Below, piece after piece: positions 1-12,899 of a stretch of 64,000 bases of DNA. Location of the stretch: assembly GCA_964016885.1 (NCBI GenBank), contig OZ024744.1, forward strand, positions 24,180,001 through 24,244,000, read 5' to 3'. The stretch's first letter is position 1; every line of letters begins with the position of its first letter. The position numbers and the translations under genes were made by a program. Below the pieces are notes generated by a model. It saw nothing but the letters and a program-made list of their open reading frames with translations. It made no database searches and was not told the origin of the DNA. This DNA comes from Eledone cirrhosa (lineage: Eukaryota).

Positions 1-3000
1 ACTGACTCGTTTTAACAACAGTTGAATCTTAAGATAAAACTCGTTTTAACAACAGTTGAATCTTAAGATCTGACTCATTTTAACAACAGTTGAATCTTAA
101 TATAAAACTCGTTTTAACAACAGCTGAATCTTAAGATTAAACTCGTTTTAACAACAGTTGAATCTTAAGACAAAACCCGTTTTAACAACAGTTGAATCTT
201 AAGAACTGTCTCGTTTTAACGACAGTTGAATCTTAAGAACTGACTCGTTTTAACAGCAGTTGAATCTTAATATAAAACTCGTTTTAACAACAGTTGAATC
301 TTAAGATAAAACTCGTTTTAACAACAGTTGAATCTTAAGAACTAACTCGTTTTAACAACAGTTGAATCTTAAGATAAAACTCGTTTTAACAACAGTTGAA
401 TCTTAAGAACTGACTCGTTTTAACAACAGCTGAATCTTAAGATAAAACTCGTATTAACAACAGTTGAATCTTAAGAACTGACACGTTTTATCAACAGTTC
501 AACCTTAAGAACTGACTCGTTTTAACAACAGTTGAATCTTCAAATAAAACTCGTTTTAACAACAGTTGAATCTAAAGAACTGACTCGTTTTAACAACAGT
601 TGAATCTTAAGATAAAACTCGTTTTAACAACAGTTGAATCTTAAGAACTGTCTCATTTTAACAACAGTTGAATCTAAAGATACAACTCGTTTTAACAACA
701 GCTGAATCTTAAGATTAATCTCGTTTTAACAACAGTTGAATCTTAAGACAAAACCCGTTTTACAACAGTTGTATCTTAAGAACTGTCTCGATTTAACGAC
801 AGTTGAATCTTAAGAACTGACTCGTTTTAACAACAGCTGAATCTTAAGATTAAACTCGTTTTAACAACAGTTGAATCTTAAGACAAAACCCGTTTTAACA
901 ACAGTTGAATCTTAAGATAAACCTCGTTTTAACAACAGTTTAATCTTAAAAACTGACTCGTTTTAACAACAGTTGAATCTTAAGATAAAATTCGTTTTAA
1001 CAACAGTTGAATCTTAAGAACTGATTCGTTTTAACAACAGTTCAAACTTGAGAACTGACTCGTTTTAACAACAGTTGAATCTTATGATAAAACTCATTTT
1101 AACAACAGTTGAATCTTAAGAACTCATTCGTTTTAACAACAGATGAATCTTAAGATAAACCTTGTTTTAACAACAGTTGAATCTTAAGAACTGTCTCGAT
1201 TTAACGACAGTTGAATCTTAAGAACTGACTCGTTTTAACAACAGTTGAATCTTACGATAAAACTCGTTTTAACATCAGTTGAATCTTAAGAACTGACTAA
1301 TTTTAACAACAGCTGAATCTTAAGATAAAACTCGTTTTAACAACAGTTGAATCTTAAGAACTGACTCGTTTTAACAACAGTTGAATCTTATGATAAAACT
1401 CATTTTAACAACAGTTGAATGTTAAGATAAAACTCGTTTTAACAACAGTTGAATCTTAAGAACTGACTCTTTTTAACAACAGTTGAATGTTAAGATAAAA
1501 CTCGTTTTAACAACAGTTGAATCTTAAGAACTGACTCGTTTTAACAACAGTTGAATCTTAAGAACTGACTCGTTTTAACAACAGTTGAATCTTATGATAA
1601 AACCCATTTTAACAACAGTTGAATCTTAAGATTAAACTCGTTTTAACAACAGTTGAATCTTAAGAACTGACTCGTTTTATCAACATTTCAACCTTAAGAA
1701 CTGACTCGTTTTAACAACAGATGAATCTTCAAATAAAACTCGTTTTAACAACAGTTGAATCTTAAGAACTGACTCGTTTTAACAGCAGTTGAATCTTAAG
1801 AACTGATTCGTTTTAACAACAGTTCAAACTTAAGAACTGACTCGTATTAACAACAGTTGAATCTTATTATAAAACTCATTTTAACAACAGTTGAATCTTA
1901 AGAACTGATTCGTTTTAACAACAGATGAATCTTAAGATAAACCTCGTTTTAACAACAGTTGCATCTTAGGAACTGGCTCGTTTAAACAACAGTTGAATCT
2001 TAAGATAAAACACGTTTTAACAACAGTTGAATCTTAAGAACTGACTCGTTTTAACAACAGTTGAATCTTAAGATAAACTCGTTTTAACAACAGTTGAATC
2101 TTAAGAACTGACTCGTTTTAACAACAGCTGAATCTTAAGATAAAACTCGTATTAACAACAGTTGAATCTTAAGAACTGACTCGTTTTATCAACAGTTCAA
2201 CCTTAAGAACTGACTCGTTTTAACAACAGTTGAATCTTCAAATAAAACTCGTTTTAACAACAGTTGAATCTTAAGAACTGACTCGTTTTAACAACAGTTG
2301 AATGTTATGATAAAACTCGTTTTAACAACAGTTGAATCTCAAGAACTGACTCTTTTTAACAACAGTTGAATCTTAAGATAATACTCGTTTTAACAACAGT
2401 TGAATTTTAAGATAAAATTCGTTTTAACAATAGTTGAATGTTAAGAACTCTTTCGTTTTAACAACAGTGCAAACTTAAGAGCTGACTCGTTTTAACAACA
2501 GCTGAATCTTATGATAAAACTCATTTTAACAACAGTTGAATCTTAAGATAAAACTCGTTTTACCAACAGTTGAATCTTAAGCACTGTCTCGTTTTAACAA
2601 CAGTTGAATCTTAAGATAAAACTCGTTTTAACAACAGTTGAATCTTAAGAACTAACTCGTTTTAACAACAGTTGAATATTTTGATAAAACCCATTTTAAC
2701 AACAGTTGAATCTTAAGATTAAACTCGTTTTAACAATAGTTGAATCTTAAGAACTGACTCGTTTTAACAACAGTTGAATCTTAAGAACTGACTCATTTTA
2801 TCAACATTTCAACCTTAAGAACTGACTCGTTTTAACAACAGTTGAATCTTCAAATAAAACTCGTTTTAACAACAGTTGAAACTTAAGAACTGACTCGTTT
2901 TAACAACAGTTGAATCTTAAGAACTGATTCGTTTTAACAACAGTTCAAACTTAAGAACTGACTCGTATTAACAACAGTTGAATCTTATTATAAAACTCAT

Positions 3001-6000
3001 TTTAACAACAGTTGAATCTTAAGAACTGATTCGTTTTAACAACAGATGAATCTTAAGATAAACCTCGTTTTAACAACAGTTGCATCTTAAGAACTGGCTC
3101 GTTTAAACAACAGTTGAATCTTAAGATAAAACTCGTTTTAACAACAGTTGAATCTTAAGATAAAATTCGTTTTAACAATAGTTGAATGTTAAGAACTGTT
3201 TCGTTTTAACAACAGTGCAAACTTAAGAGCTGACTCGTTTCAACAACAGTTGAATCTTATGATAAAACTCATTTTAATAACAGTTGAATCTTAAGATAAA
3301 ACTCGTTTTAACAACAGTTGAATCTTAAGCACTGTCTCGTTTTAACAACATTTGAATCTTAAGATAAAACTCGTTTTAACAACAGTTGAATCTTAAGAAC
3401 TGACTCGTTTTAACAACAGTTGAATCTTAAGAACTGACTCGTTTTAACAACAGTTGAATCTTAAGATAAGACTCGTTTTAACAACAGTTGAATCTTATGA
3501 TAAAACCCATTTTAACAACATTTGAATCTTAAGATTAAACTCGTTTTAACAACAGTTGAATCTTAAGAACTGACTCGTTTTAACAACAGTTGAATCTTAA
3601 GAACTGACTCGTTTTATCAACATTTCAACCTTAAGAACTGACTCGTTTTAACAACAGATGAATCTTCATATAAAACTCGTTTTAACAACAGTTGAATCTT
3701 AAGAACTGACTCGTTTTAACAACAGTTCAAACTTAAGAACTGACTCGTTTTAACAACAGCTGAATCTTAAGATGAAACTCGTTTTAACAACAGTTGAATC
3801 TTAAGAACTGACTCGTTTTAACAACAGATGAATCTTAAGATAAACCTCGTTTTAATAACAGTTGAATCTTAAGAACTGCTTCGTTTTAACAACAGCTGAA
3901 TCTTAAGATAAACTCATTTTAACAACAGCTGAATCTTAAGATAAAACTCGTTTTAACAACAGTTGAATCTTAAGAACTGATTCGTTTTAACAACAGATGA
4001 ATCTTAAGATAAACCTCGTTTTAACAACAGTTGCATCTTAAGAACTGGCTCGTTTAAACAACAGTTGAATCTTAAGGTAAAACTCGTTTTAACAACAGTT
4101 GAATCTTAAGGACTGACTCGTTTTAACAACAGTTAAATCTTAAGATAAAACTCGTTTTAACAACAGTTGAATCTTAAGAACTGACTCGTTTTATCAACAG
4201 TTCAACCTTAAGAACTGACTGGTTTTAACAACAGTTGAATCTACAAATAAAACTCGTTTAACAACAGTTGAATCTAAAGAACTGACTCGTTTTAACAACA
4301 GTTGAATCTTAAAATAAAACTCGTTTTAACAACAGTTGAATCTTAAGAACTGACTCATTTTAACAACAGTTGAATCTTAAGATAAAACTCGTTTTAACAA
4401 CAGCTGAATCTTACGATTAAACTCGTTTTAACAACAGTTGAATCTTAAGACAAAACCCGTTTTAACAACAGTTGAATCTTAAGAACTGTCTCGTTTTAAC
4501 GACAGTTGAATCTTAAGAACTGACTCATTTTAACAACAGTTGAATCTTCAAATAAAACTCGTTTTAACAACAGTTGGATCTTAAGAACTGATTCGTTTTA
4601 ACAACAGCTGAATCTTAAGATAAACTCGTTTTAACAACAGTTGAATCTTAAGATATAACTCGTTTTAACTACAGTTGAATCTTAAGAACTGACTCGTTTT
4701 AACAACAGCTGAATCTTAAGATAAAACTCGTTTTAACAACAGTTGAATCTTAAGAACTGATTCGTTTTAACAACAGATGAATCTTAAGATAAACCTCGTT
4801 TTATCAACAGTTGCATCTTAAGAACTGGCTCGTTGAAACAACAGTTGAATTTTAAGATAAAACTCGTTTTAACAACAGTTGAATCTTAAGAACTGACTCG
4901 TTTTATCAACAGTTCAACCTTAAGAACTGACTCATTTTAACAACAGTTGAATCTTCAAATAAAACTCGTATTAACAACAGTTGAATCTTAAGAACTGACT
5001 CGTTTTATCAACAGTTCAACCTTAAGAACTGACTCGTTTTAACAACAGTTGAATCCTCAAATAAAACTCGTTTTAACAACAGTTGAATCTAAAGAACTGA
5101 CTCGTTTTAACAACAGTTGAATCTTAAGATAAAACTCGTTTTAACAACAGTTGAATCTTAAGAACTGACTCATTTTAACAACAGTTGAATCTTAATATAA
5201 AACTCGTTTTAACAACAGCTGAATCTTAAGATTAAACTCGTTTTAACAACAGTTGAATCTTAAGACAAAACCCGTTTTAACAACAGTTGAATCTTAAGAA
5301 CTGTCTCGTTTTAACGACAGTTGAATCTTAAGAACTGACTCGTTTTAACAACAGCTGAATCTTAAGATTAAACTCGTTTTAACAACAGTTGAATCTTAAG
5401 ACAAAACCCGTTTTAACAACAGTTGAATCTTAAGAACTGTCTCGTTTTAACGACAGTTGAATCTTAAGAACTGACTCGTTTTAACAGCAGTTGAATCTTA
5501 ATATAAAACTCGTTTTAACAACAGTTGAATCTTAATATAAAACTCGTTTTAACAACAGTTGAATCTTAAGAACTAACTCGTTTTAACAACAGTTGAATCT
5601 TAAGATAAAACTCGTTTTAACAACAGTTGAATCTTAAGAACTGACTCGTTTTAACAACAGCTGAATCTTAAGATAAAACTCGTATTAACAACAGTTGAAT
5701 CTTAAGAACTGACACGTTTTATCAACAGTTCAACCTTAAGAACTGACTCGTTTTAACAACAGTTGTATCTTCAAATAAAACTCGTTTTAACAACAGTTGA
5801 ATCTAAAGAACTGACTCGTTTTAACAACAGTTGAATCTTAAGATAAAACTCGTTTTAACAACAGTTGAATCTTAAGAACTGACTCATTTTAACAACAGTT
5901 GAATCTTAAGATACAACTCGTTTTAACAACAGCTGAATCTTAAGATTAATCTCGTTTTAACAACAGTTGAATCTTAAGACAAAACCCGTTTTAACAACAG

Positions 6001-9000
6001 TTGAATCTTAAGAACTGTCTCGATTTAACGACAGTTGAATCTTAAGAACTGACTCGTTTTAACAACAGCTGAATCTTAAGATTAAACTCGTTTTAACAAC
6101 AGTTGAATCTTAAGACAAAACCCGTTTTAACAACAGTTGAATCTTAAGAACTGTCTCGTTTTAACAACAGTTGAATCTTAAGATAAACCTCGTTTTAACA
6201 AAGGTTTAATCTTAAAAACTGACTCGTTTTAACAACAGTTGAATCTTAAGATAAAATTCGTTTTAACAACAGTTGAATCTTAAGAACTGATTCGTTTTAA
6301 CAACAGTTCAAACTTAAGAACTGACTCGTTTTAACAACAGTTGAATCTTATGATAAAACTCATTTTAACAACAGTTGAATCTTAAGAACTGATTCGTTTT
6401 AACAACAGATGAATCTTAAGATAAACCTTGTTTGTTTTAACAACAGTTGAATCTTAAGAACTGTCTCGATTTAACGACAGTTGAATCTTAAGAACTGACT
6501 CGTTTTAACAACAGTTGAATCTTACGATAAAACTCGTTTTAACATCAGTTGAATCTTAAGAACTGACTAATTTTAACAACAGCTGAATCTTAAGATAAAA
6601 CTCGTTTTAACAACAGTTGAATCTTAAGAACTGACTCGTTTTAACAACAGTTGAATCTTATGATAAAACTCATTTTAACAACAGTTGAATGTTAAGATAA
6701 AACTCGTTTTAACAACAGTTGAATCTTAAGAACTGACTCTTTTTAACAACAGTTGAATGTTAAGATAAAACTCGTTTTAACAACAGTTGAATCTTAAGAA
6801 CTGACTCGTTTTAACAACAGTTGAATCTTAAGAACTGACTCGTTTTAACAACAGTTGAATCTTATGATAAAACCCATTTTAACAACAGTTGAATCTTAAG
6901 ATTAAACTCGTTTTAACAACAGTTGAATCTTAAGAACTGACTCGTTTTAACAACAGTTGAATCTTAAGAACTGACTCGTTTTATCAACATTTCAACCTTA
7001 AGAACTGACTCGTTTTAACAACAGATGAATCTTCAAATAAAACTCGTTTTAACAACAGTTGAATCTTAAGAACTGACTCGTTTTAACAGCAGTTGAATCT
7101 TAAGAACTGATTCGTTTTAACAACAGTTCAAACTTAAGAACTGACTCGTATTAACAACAGTTGAATCTTATTATAAAACTCATTTTAACAACAGTTGAAT
7201 CTTAAGAACTGATTCGTTTTAACAACAGATGAATCTTAAGATAAACCTCGTTTTAACAACAGTTGCATCTTAGGAACTGGCTCGTTTAAACAACAGTTGA
7301 ATCTTAAGATAAAACACGTTTTAACAACAGTTGTATCTTAAGAACTGACTCGTTTTAACAACAGTTGAATCTTAAGATAAAGTCGTTTTAACAACAGTTG
7401 AATCTTAAGAACTGACTCTTTTTAACAACAGTTGAATCTTAAGATAATACTCGTTTTAACAACAGTTGAATTTTAAGATAAAATTCGTTTTAACAATAGT
7501 TGAATGTTAAGAACTCTTTCGTTTTAACAACAGTGCAAACTTAAGAGCTGACTCGTTTTAACAACAGCTGAATCTTATGATAAAACTCATTTTAACAACA
7601 GTTGAATCTTAAGATAAAACTCGTTTTACCAACAGTTGAATCTTAAGCACTGTCTCGTTTTAACAACAGTTGAATCTTAAGATAAAACTCGTTTTAACAA
7701 CAGTTGAATCTTAAGAACTAACTCGTTTTAACAACAGTTGAATCTTTTGATAAAACCCATTTTAACAACAGTTGAATCTTAAGATTAAACTCGTTTTAAC
7801 AATAGTTGAATCTTAAGAACTGACTCGTTTTAACAACAGTTGAATCTTAAGAACTGACTCGTTTTATCAACATTTCAACCTTAAGAACTGACTCGTTTTA
7901 ACAACAGTTGAATCTTCAAATAAAACTCGTTTTAACAACAGTTGAAACTTAAGAACTGACTCGTTTTAACAACAGTTGAATCTTAAGAACTGATTCGTTT
8001 TAACAACAGTTCAAACTTAAGAACTGACTCGTATTAACAACAGTTGAATCTTATTATAAAACTCATTTTAACAACAGTTGAATCTTAAGAACTGATTCGT
8101 TTTAACAACAGATGAATCTTAAGATAAACCTCGTTTTAACAACAGTTGCATCTTAAGAACTGGCTCGTTTAAACAACAGTTGAATCTTAAGATAAAACTC
8201 GTTTTAACAACAGTTGAATCTTAAGATAAAATTCGTTTTAACAATAGTTGAATGTTAAGAACTGTTTCGTTTTAACAACAGTGCAAACTTAAGAGCTGAC
8301 TCGTTTTAACAACAGTTGAATCTTATGATAAAACTCATTTTAACAACAGTTGAATCTTAAGATAAAACTCGTTTTAACAACAGTTGAATCTTAAGCACTG
8401 TCTCGTTTTAACAACATTTGAATCTTAAGATAAAACTCGTTTTAACAACAGTTGAATCTTAAGAACTGACTCGTTTTAACAACAGTTGAATCTTAAGAAC
8501 TGACTCGTTTTAACAACAGTTGAATCTTAAGATAAGACTCGTTTTAACAACAGTTGAATCTTATGATAAAACCCATTTTAACAACATTTGAATCTTAAGA
8601 TTAAACTCGTTTTAACAACAGTTGAATCTTAAGAACTGACTCGTTTTAACAACAGTTGAATCTTAAGAACTGACTCGTTTTATCAACATTTCAACCTTAA
8701 GAACTGACTCGTTTTAACAACAGATGAATCTTCATATAAAACTCGTTTTAACAACAGTTGAATCTTAAGAACTGACTCGTTTTAACAACAGTTCAAACTT
8801 AAGAACTGACTCGTTTTAACAACAGCTGAATCTTAAGATGAAACTCGTTTTAACAACAGTTGAATCTTAAGAACTGACTCGTTTTAACAACAGATGAATC
8901 TTAAGATAAACCTCGTTTTAATAACAGTTGAATCTTAAGAACTGCTTCGTTTTAACAACAGCTGAATCTTAAGATAAACTCATTTTAACAACAGCTGAAT

Positions 9001-12000
9001 CTTAAGATAAAACTCGTTTTAACAACAGTTGAATCTTAAGAACTGATTCGTTTTAACAACAGATGAATCTTAAGATAAACCTCGTTTTAACAACAGTTGC
9101 ATCTTAAGAACTGGCTCGTTTAAACAACAGTTGAATCTTAAGGTAAAACTCGTTTTAACAACAGTTGAATCTTAAGAACTGACTCGTTTTAACAACAGTT
9201 AAATCTTAAGATAAAACTCGTTTTAACAACAGTTGAATCTTAAGAACTGACTCGTTTTATCAACAGTTCAACCTTAAGAACTGACTGGTTTTAACAACAG
9301 TTGAATCTACAAATAAAACTCGTTTAACAACAGTTGAATCTAAAGAACTGACTCGTTTTAACAACAGTTGAATCTTAAAATAAAACTCGTTTTAACAACA
9401 GTTGAATCTTAAGAACTGACTCATTTTAACAACAGTTGAATCTTAAGATAAAACTCGTTTTAACAACAGCTGAATCTTACGATTAAACTCGTTTTAACAA
9501 CAGTTGAATCTTAAGACAAAACCCGTTTTAACAACAGTTGAATCTTAAGAACTGTCTCGTTTTAACGACAGTTGAATCTTAAGAACTGACTCATTTTAAC
9601 AACAGTTGAATCTTCAAATAAAACTCGTTTTAACAACAGTTGGATCTTAAGAACTGATTCGTTTTAACAACAGCTGAATCTTAAGATAAACTCGTTTTAA
9701 CAACAGTTGAATCTTAAGATAAAACTCGTTTTAACTACAGTTGAATCTTAAGAACTGACTCGTTTTAACAACAGCTGAATCTTAAGATAAAACTCGTTTT
9801 AACAACAGTTGAATCTTAAGAACTGATTCGTTTTAACAACAGATGAATCTTAAGATAAACCTCGTTTTATCAACAGTTGCATCTTAAGAACTGGCTCGTT
9901 GAAACAACAGTTGAATTTTAAGATAAAACTCGTTTTAACAACAGTTGAATCTTAAGAACTGACTCGTTTTATCAACAGTTCAACCTTAAGAACTGACTCA
10001 TTTTAACAACAGTTGAATCTTCAAATAAAACTCGTATTACAACAGTTGAATCTTAAGAACTAACTCGTTTTATCAACAGTTCAACCTTAAGAACTGACTC
10101 GTTTTAACAACAGTTGAATCTTAAGATAAAACTCGTTTTAACAACAGTTGAATCTTAAGAACTGACTCATTTTAACAACAGTTGAATCTTAATATAAAAC
10201 TCGTTTTAACAACAGCTGAATCTTAAGATTAAACTCGTTTTAACAACAGTTGAATCTTAAGACAAAACCCGTTTTAACAACAGTTGAATCTTAAGAACTG
10301 TCTCGTTTTAACGACAGTTGAATCTTAAGAACTGACTCGTTTTAACAACAGCTGAATCTTAAGATTAAACTCGTTTTAACAACAGTTGAATCTTAAGACA
10401 AAACCCGTTTTAACAACAGTTGAATCTTAAGAACTGTCTCGTTTTAACGACAGTTGAATCTTAAGAACTGACTCGTTTTAACAGCAGTTGAATCTTAATA
10501 TAAAACTCGGTTTAACAACAGTTGAATCTTAAGATAAAACTCGTTTTAACAACAGTTGAATCTTAAGAACTAACTCGTTTTAACAACAGTTGAATCTTAA
10601 GATAAAACTCGTTTTAACAACAGTTGAATCTTAAGAACTGACTCGTTTTAAAAACAGCTGAATCTTAAGATAAAACTCGTATTAACAACAGTTGAATCTT
10701 AAGAACTGACACGTTTTATCAACAGTTCAACCTTAAGAACTGACTCGTTTTAACAACAGTTGAATCTTCAAATAAAACTCGTTTTAACAACAGTTGAATC
10801 TAAAGAACTGACTCGTTTTAACAACAGTTGAATCTTAAGATAAAACTCGTTTTAACAACAGTTGAATCTTAAGAACTGACTCATTTTAACAAGAGTTGAA
10901 TCTTAAGATACAACTCGTTTTAACAACAGCTGAATCTTAAGATTAATCTCGTTTTAACAACAGTTGAATCTTAAGACAAAACCCGTTTTAACAACAGTTG
11001 AATCTTAAGAACTGTCTCGATTTAACGACAGTTGAATCTTAAGAACTGACTCGTTTTAACAACAGCTGAATCTTAAGATTAAACTCGTTTTAACAACAGT
11101 TGAATCTTAAGACAAAACCCGTTTTAACAACAGTTGAATCTTAAGAACTGTCTCGATTTAACAACAGCTGAATCTTAAGATAAACCTCGTTTTAACAACA
11201 GTTTAATCTTAAAAACTGACTCGTTTTAACAACAGTTGAATCTTAAGATAAAATTCGTTTTAACAACAGTTGAATCTTAAGAACTGATTCGTTTTAACAA
11301 CAGTTCAAACTTAAGAACTGACTCGTTTTAACAACAGTTGAATCTTATGATAAAACTCATTTTAACAACAGTTGAATCTTAAGAACTGATTCGTTTTAAC
11401 AACAGATGAATCTTAAGATAAACCTTGTTTTAACAACAGTTGAATCTTAAGAACTGTCTCGATTTAACGACAGTTGAATCTTAAGAACTGACTCGTTTTA
11501 ACAACAGTTGAATCTTACGATAAAACTCGTTTTAACATCAGTTGAATCTTAAGAACTGACTAATTTTAACAACAGCTGAATCTTAAGATAAAACTCGTTT
11601 TAACAACAGTTGAATCTTAAGAACTGACTCGTTTTAACAACAGTTGAATCTTATGATAAAACTCATTTTAACAACAGTTGAATGTTAAGATAAAACTCGT
11701 TTTAACAACAGTTGAATCTTAAGAACTGACTCTTTTTAACAACAGTTGAATGTTAAGATAAAACTCGTTTTAACAACAGTTGAATCTTAAGAACTGACTC
11801 GTTTTAACAACAGTTGAATCTTAAGAAATGACTCGTTTTAACAACAGTTGAATCTTATGATAAAACCCATTTTAACAACAGTTGAATCTTAAGATTAAAC
11901 TCGTTTTAACAACAGTTGAATCTTAAGAACTGACTCGTTTTAACAACAGTTGAATCTTAAGAACTGACTCGTTTTATCAACATTTCAACCTTAAGAACTG

Positions 12001-12500
12001 ACTCGTTTTAACAACAGATGAATCTTCAAATAAAACTCGTTTTAACAACAGTTGAATCTTAAGAACTGACTCGTTTTAACAGCAGTTGAATCTTAAGAAC
12101 TGATTCGTTTTAACAACAGTTCAAACTTAAGAACTGACTCGTATTAACAACAGTTGAATCTTATTATAAAACTCATTTTAACAACAGTTGAATCTTAAGA
12201 ACTGATTCGTTTTAACAACAGATGAATCTTAAGATAAACCTCGTTTTAACAACAGTTGCATCTTAGGAACTGGCTCGTTTAAACAACAGTTGAATCTTAA
12301 GATAAAACACGTTTTAACAACAGTTGTATCTTAAGAACTGACTCGTTTTAACAACAGTTGAATCTTAAGATAAACTCGTTTTAACAACAGTTGAATCTTA
12401 AGAACTGACTCGTTTTAACAACAGCTGAATCTTAAGATAAAACTCGTATTAACAACAGTTGAATCTTAAGAACTGACTCGTTTTATCAACAGTTCAACCT
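1..12500. repeat. HOR domain 1: ~5.0-5.3 kb units (~147-155 monomers), about 2.4 copies
   Basis: Rare variants recur at matching offsets: GATAATAC at 2377/7443 (5066); TGGATC at ~4575/9641 (5066); CTTACG at 1251/6521/11514 (5270, 4993); AAGATTAATC at 711/5942/10939 (5231, 4997). Offsets vary by roughly whole monomers. Confidence 0.85.
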
Positions 12501-12899
12501 TAAGAACTGACTCGTTTTAACAACAGTTGAATCTTCAAATAAAACTCGTTTTAACAACAGTTGAATCTAAAGAACTGACTCGTTTTAACAACAGTTGAAT
12601 CTAAAGAACTGACTCGTTTTAACAACAGTTGAATCTTAAGATAAAACTCGTTTTAACAACAGTTGAATCTTAAGAACTGACTCATTTTAACAACAGTTGA
12701 ATCTTAATATAAAACTCGTTTTAACAACAGCTGAATCTTAAGATTAAACTCGTTTTAACAACAGTTGAATCTTAAGACAAAACCCGTTTTAACAACAGTT
12801 GAATCTTAAGAACTGACTCGTTTTAACAACAGCTGAATCTTAAGATTAAACTCGTTTTAACAACAGTTGAATCTTAAGACAAAACCCGTTTTAACAACA

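Noticed and set aside
1-68. Transcription-factor or methylase motifs (E-box/Myb-like CAGTTG, AP-1-like TGACTC, GANTC, AflII CTTAAG) as regulatory features
   Set aside because: These are short motifs expected by chance in any 34-mer and multiplied by tandem amplification. There is no gene context or evidence of function.
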